From Candidatus Cloacimonadota bacterium (GTDB taxonomy: Bacteria > Cloacimonadota > Cloacimonadia > Cloacimonadales > JAIOQZ01), in NCBI GenBank assembly GCA_021108395.1, contig JAIOQZ010000032.1, positions 4,575 to 68,574 of the forward strand: a DNA stretch of 64,000 nucleotides. Reading direction: 5' to 3'. Every line of letters begins with the position of its first letter. Position 1 is the first letter of the stretch. Shown here piece by piece: positions 59,636 to 64,000 of this stretch. The notes beneath the pieces are model-generated. The model was not told where the DNA came from and ran no database searches. It saw nothing but the letters and a program-made list of their open reading frames with translations. The position numbers and the translations under genes were made by a program.

Positions 59636-61855
59636 ATGAGTCAGTCTCTCATCATCGTCGAATCACCGGCCAAAGCACGAACCCTGAGTAAATTTCTTGG
59701 TAATCAGTATGTAATCAAGGCCTCGATGGGCCATGTGCGCGATTTGCCCAAAAGCGATATAGGCGTGGACATCGAGAACGGCTTCAAGCCAAAATATGTG
59801 GTTCCCCGCACCAAGCGCGACCAGAAAGTCGTGAAAGACCTGCGCGAAGCGGCAAAGTCTGCCGAGGCCATCTATCTCGCTTCCGACCACGACCGCGAGG
59901 GCGAGGCCATCGCGTGGCACCTGGCCAATGTTCTCAAGAAAGAGATTGGCGACAAACCGCTTTACCGCATCGTGTTCAACGAGATAACCCGCCAGGCCAT
60001 CGTTCACGCGCTCGAAGAGCCGGGGAAAATCGACCAGGACAAGGTGGACGCCCAGCAGGCTCGCCGCATCCTCGACCGCCTCGTCGGCTACAAGATTAGC
60101 CCGATCCTGTGGCGTGTCATCACCACCAAGCTTTCGGCAGGCCGTGTGCAGTCGGTGGCGCTGCGGCTCATCTGTGAGCGCGAGGACATTATTGACGCCT
60201 TCGTGCCGGAGGAATACTGGACCATCGATACGGTGCTGCACAAGGGCAAGCTGCCGTCATTCAAAGCCGGCCTCAAGAAGTGGGACGGCGAGAACATCCG
60301 TCCGGGCGATAAAGCCGCCGCCGCAGCTCTCGTGAGCGAGCTTGAAGGCGCCGACTTCTCGATCACCGACCTCAAGCGCACCACCAGAACCATTCAGCCT
60401 TCGCCGCCATACATCACCAGCACCCTCCAGCAGGAGGCCTCGCGAGTGCTGGGATTCAGCGCCAAGCGCACGATGGCCGTTGCACAGCAGCTCTATGAAG
60501 GCATCGACATCGGGGGCGACACCGTCGGCCTCATCACCTACATGCGTACCGACTCGCTTCGCATTGCAAACGAGGCGCTGGAAACCTGTCGCCAACTCGT
60601 GCAGGAGCGGTTTGGCGCAGATGAGTTACACGACAACCCCCGCGTCTATAAGAACAAGTCGTCGGCGCAGGATGCCCACGAGGCTATCCGCCCCACCGAT
60701 TCCTTCCGTACGCCGGAGCGCATGAAGTCTGTTCTCAGCGCCGAGCAGATAAAGCTATATACGCTCATCTGGCAGCGTTTCGTGGCCACGCAGATGCGTC
60801 CGGCCAAGCTACAGAACCTCGCACTCACCATCCAGGCGGGGCGCGGAAGCTTTGCTGCTCAGGGCAGCACCATCACTCAGCAGGGGTTCATCAAGGCTTT
60901 CCCGCACACCATCCTCGTACTGGGCGAGAACATCGACGCCGCATACGCGAAGGGCGATGCCCTCGAGGTGGACGAACTAACCCCGAACCAGCACTTCACC
61001 AAGCCGCCGGCGCGCTACTCCGAGGCCTCGCTCATCCGCGAGCTCGAAGCCAAAGGCATCGGGCGCCCCAGCACATACGCGCAGATCACCAACACCATTG
61101 TCGAGCGCACCTATGTGGAGCTGCTGAAGAAGCGGTTTCATCCCACGATACTCGGACGGGCGGTCAATCGCTTTCTCGTGGGTCACTTCGACAAGCTGTT
61201 CAATGTCAGCTTCACCGCCGAACTCGAGAACAAGCTCGATGAAGTGGAGTATGGCAGGCAGGAATGGCACAAGCTGCTCGAAGACTACTGGGGCGGTATT
61301 GGCGAGCAGATGGACAGTGTTGACCTCAAAGAGGCGAAGAAGCAGCTCGAAGAACCGACAGAACTGGTTTGCGAGAAGTGTGGCAGCCCCATGATAATCA
61401 AGTGGAGCAAGAATGGCCAGATACTGGCGTGCTCCAATTTCCCCGAATGCAGCAATATCAAAAACTTCACGCGAGATGCAGAAGGCAAGGTGACAGTGAA
61501 AGAAGATGAATTAATTGGCGAGAAGTGCCCCAAGTGCGGTGAAGAACTCGTGCTCAAGAGCGGCAAGTTTGGTGAGTTCATCAGTTGCTCGAACTACCCC
61601 AAGTGCAAGTACACCCGCAACATCACCACAGGCATCAAGTGCCCTGAATGTGGCGAGGGCGAACTGGCCAAACGCATGAACAAACGCGGCAAGCCGTTCT
61701 GGGGCTGCGACCGCTATCCCAAGTGCAAGTACATCAGCGGGCAGGAGCCGGTAGATAAAGTCTGCCCCAACTGCGGATTCGGCATCATGCAGCGTCGCGG
61801 CAAAAAGGGCGGCGAAACGCTGGTGTGCCCGGAATGTAAGCACGAGGAGAGTTGA
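59636..61855 (+). CDS. topA: DNA topoisomerase I
   Basis: IVESPAKA, DHDREGEAI, SAGRVQS, LITYMRTDS, AHEAIRPT, C-terminal C4 zinc ribbons. Confidence 0.98.
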   Translation: MSQSLIIVESPAKARTLSKFLGNQYVIKASMGHVRDLPKSDIGVDIENGFKPKYVVPRTKRDQKVVKDLREAAKSAEAIYLASDHDREGEAIAWHLANVLKKEIGDKPLYRIVFNEITRQAIVHALEEPGKIDQDKVDAQQARRILDRLVGYKISPILWRVITTKLSAGRVQSVALRLICEREDIIDAFVPEEYWTIDTVLHKGKLPSFKAGLKKWDGENIRPGDKAAAAALVSELEGADFSITDLKRTTRTIQPSPPYITSTLQQEASRVLGFSAKRTMAVAQQLYEGIDIGGDTVGLITYMRTDSLRIANEALETCRQLVQERFGADELHDNPRVYKNKSSAQDAHEAIRPTDSFRTPERMKSVLSAEQIKLYTLIWQRFVATQMRPAKLQNLALTIQAGRGSFAAQGSTITQQGFIKAFPHTILVLGENIDAAYAKGDALEVDELTPNQHFTKPPARYSEASLIRELEAKGIGRPSTYAQITNTIVERTYVELLKKRFHPTILGRAVNRFLVGHFDKLFNVSFTAELENKLDEVEYGRQEWHKLLEDYWGGIGEQMDSVDLKEAKKQLEEPTELVCEKCGSPMIIKWSKNGQILACSNFPECSNIKNFTRDAEGKVTVKEDELIGEKCPKCGEELVLKSGKFGEFISCSNYPKCKYTRNITTGIKCPECGEGELAKRMNKRGKPFWGCDRYPKCKYISGQEPVDKVCPNCGFGIMQRRGKKGGETLVCPECKHEES

Positions 61856-63159
61856 TGCACCTTTCCGATAGCGTTCGCAGCAGCCTGCACAGCATCTTCA
61901 GTCACAAGATGCGCTCGGCGCTGACGCTCATCGGCATCACCATCGGCGTTTTTGCCGTTGTCACGATGTTTTCCACCATGCAGGGCGCCAAGCTCATGAT
62001 ACAGGACATGATGGGCGACCTCGGCTGGAACAACTCGATAATCATCATACCATCCAGCGGCGACGATCATGTGCGCACGCGCCGCCGTCGCTGGCAACGA
62101 TTCATGCGGGTCAACTGGCGGGCGCGGCCATTTTCTTACAGCGATTTCGAGGCAGTGCGCGCCGCCTGCGACAGCAAGACAATCTACGGCTGGACCGAGT
62201 CGTGGTTCAATACAAATGCGCTCATCGGCGATGACGGCGCTCCCCTTGCCAACTCCGAATACGACTGGGTTCGTTTCATCGCCACCAACAACGATTTCTT
62301 TGCCAACAAGACATATCCGCTACGTTACGGGCGTTACTTCAATGACTTCGAGGAGAAGAACGCGGTCAAGGTGTTGGTGCTGGGCGCTCTGTTCGCCGAG
62401 AAGTATTTCCCCGGCGATGACCCCAGCGGCGAGATGTTGACAATCGGCCCACACCGTTGCAGGATTATCGGCGTACTCGACAGCGACCAGCTGAATAAGC
62501 GGAATGGCATGAACATGAACCCGTGGGAGCGGCGTCGAGAGCTGGAGGCGGTGTATGTGCCGCTGTCAACTGGCGCACGCTACTTTGGTAGCAATAACGA
62601 GATACAGTCCATTTTTCTCCAGTCGCACGGCGATGATGACTTTGCCCTGATGAAAAACACCGCCTGGCAGACAATGCTGCGCGAGCACAAGATGTCGCAC
62701 GACTTCCGTTTCGAGGACGTGGGCGCCATGATGCTAACCATCAGCGATGAAATCGACAAGCAGATGAACACCTGGAACATGACGCTGTCCGCCATCGCTT
62801 CCATCTCGCTGCTTGTGGGTGGCATCGGATTGTTCAGCACGCTGCTCATTTCCATCAACGAAAAGATGACTGAAATAGGGGTGCGCAAGAGCGTGGGCGC
62901 CACCGAGCGCGACATTTTCTTCTATTTCCTCATCGAGTCGGTCACGCTGGCCATGATGAGCGCGGTGGTGGGCGTTACGCTGTCTGTGGCCATCATCACC
63001 ATCACTACCAAAGTCGCCGGTTTCACCTTTCCGCTGCCCGTCGAGGGCATCCTGCTCGGCCTCGGCTTCGCCGCCTTCATCGGCGTGCTCTCCGGCTTCT
63101 ATCCCGCCTGGAAAGCCTCGAAGGTCGACCCTATCCAGGCGATATTCTACTTCGAGTAA
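61855..63159 (+). CDS. MacB/FtsX-family ABC transporter permease
   Basis: RSALTLIGITIGV, SLLVGGIG, EIGVRKSVGA, QFL-type FLIES, YPAWKASKVDPI; TGATG overlap with topA. Confidence 0.9.
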   Translation: MHLSDSVRSSLHSIFSHKMRSALTLIGITIGVFAVVTMFSTMQGAKLMIQDMMGDLGWNNSIIIIPSSGDDHVRTRRRRWQRFMRVNWRARPFSYSDFEAVRAACDSKTIYGWTESWFNTNALIGDDGAPLANSEYDWVRFIATNNDFFANKTYPLRYGRYFNDFEEKNAVKVLVLGALFAEKYFPGDDPSGEMLTIGPHRCRIIGVLDSDQLNKRNGMNMNPWERRRELEAVYVPLSTGARYFGSNNEIQSIFLQSHGDDDFALMKNTAWQTMLREHKMSHDFRFEDVGAMMLTISDEIDKQMNTWNMTLSAIASISLLVGGIGLFSTLLISINEKMTEIGVRKSVGATERDIFFYFLIESVTLAMMSAVVGVTLSVAIITITTKVAGFTFPLPVEGILLGLGFAAFIGVLSGFYPAWKASKVDPIQAIFYFE

Positions 63160-63164
63160 AGAGG

Positions 63165-63413
63165 CAGGGACGCTGCTCCTGACATCCTTAGAAGGCTCAC
63201 TCCGCTTCGCTACGCGACAAGCTCACCTTTTTCGAGAAAAAGGTGAGACCAAAAACTTCTAACGGATGCTAACGCATCCTTGTTCACTTCACCACTCCGT
63301 TATATATCACCAGTAACTGTTGGTTATTTGTACATAGGAAACGCAGTTTCCGCCAGAAGTTTTTGATTCCACTTTTTACAAAAAGTGGATGGGGTTCAGG
63401 GGCAAAGCCCCTG
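63165..63413. repeat. Modular hairpin repeat family, full copy E (inverted relative to copy B)
   Basis: Reverse complement aligns with 18843-19025 hairpin by hairpin; lies between convergent genes. Confidence 0.85.
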
Positions 63414-63418
63414 TCTTC

Positions 63419-64000
63419 TCAATCTCCCAGGCACATGCCCAGTCCGCGTGCTGTGCGGATGATGTCCGAATCCAGCTCAATGAGATTGTATCTGCTGATG
63501 GCGTCCTTGATGGGTACGCTGACGATACGACGTCCCTGCAACGCCACCATGTGTCCCCATTTCTGCTCGAGCGCCAGCTCGAAGGCTTTCACGCCGAACT
63601 CGGTGGCCAGTACGCGGTCGAAGGCGCAGGGCGTGCCGCCGCGTTGCAGATGTCCCAGAATGGAGACGCGCATGTCGATGTCGAGGCCATGCTCTTTCAG
63701 CTCGGCCATTAGCCGCATACCGGCGCCGCCCAGCTTCAGGTTCTGGTAGCCGACTTCCTCGGCTTTCTGGGCCACCACTTCACCCCCGCGAGGCTTGGCG
63801 CCCTCGGCGATGACGATATTGACGAAACCTCGCCCCTGGTCGTAGCGGGCGCGGATTTTCTCGGCGACGCCGCCGATGTCATAGGGGATTTCGGGGATAA
63901 GGCATATCTCGGCGCCGCCGGCGATGGCCGCGTAGATAGCGATCCAGCCGGCGTATCGTCCCATCACCTCGAGTATCATGGTGCGGTTGTGGCTTTCGGC
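63419..64000 (-). CDS. pfkA: 6-phosphofructokinase (5' part outside window)
   Basis: LEVMGRYAGWIA, LIPE, IAEGA, LGHLQRGG, DRVLA. Confidence 0.93.
   Translation of the reverse strand, partial: AESHNRTMILEVMGRYAGWIAIYAAIAGGAEICLIPEIPYDIGGVAEKIRARYDQGRGFVNIVIAEGAKPRGGEVVAQKAEEVGYQNLKLGGAGMRLMAELKEHGLDIDMRVSILGHLQRGGTPCAFDRVLATEFGVKAFELALEQKWGHMVALQGRRIVSVPIKDAISRYNLIELDSDIIRTARGLGMCLGD

Overview
GC-rich bacterial chromosomal window. Lineage is inferred to be Cloacimonadota or a related FCB-group anaerobe, from eight secreted proteins with an 'NxPNPFNP...RRMxLLK' C-terminal sorting/FlgD-Ig domain, a gingipain-like C25 protein and a long SecA. In order it holds: a partial S1-domain gene; a seven-gene soluble signalling cluster (hybrid kinases, NtrC-type sigma54 activator, HD-GYP, HDOD); a four-gene dynamin-like GTPase operon divergent from tRNA-Arg(CCG); a partial ABC transporter; two blocks of secreted CTD proteins, including a tandem trio of mosaic beta-propeller paralogs; a thrC-like/xanthine dehydrogenase/DHOD-like operon; and housekeeping genes (leuS, secA, topA, pfkA). 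Most notable unexplained signals: (i) a dispersed modular hairpin repeat whose stems co-vary between copies, in half and inverted full forms; (ii) a dynamin operon with a tail-anchored partner and a putative DNA-binding protein behind a sigma54-like promoter; (iii) a 219-bp MITE inserted exactly into the ancestral ATGA junction of two xdh genes, supplying a new stop and start; (iv) a putative sigma54 regulon; (v) a strongly initiated leader peptide ending in Leu-Leu upstream of leuS. No CRISPR array, transposase, integrase or reverse transcriptase was seen. All family calls are by eye; no searches were run.
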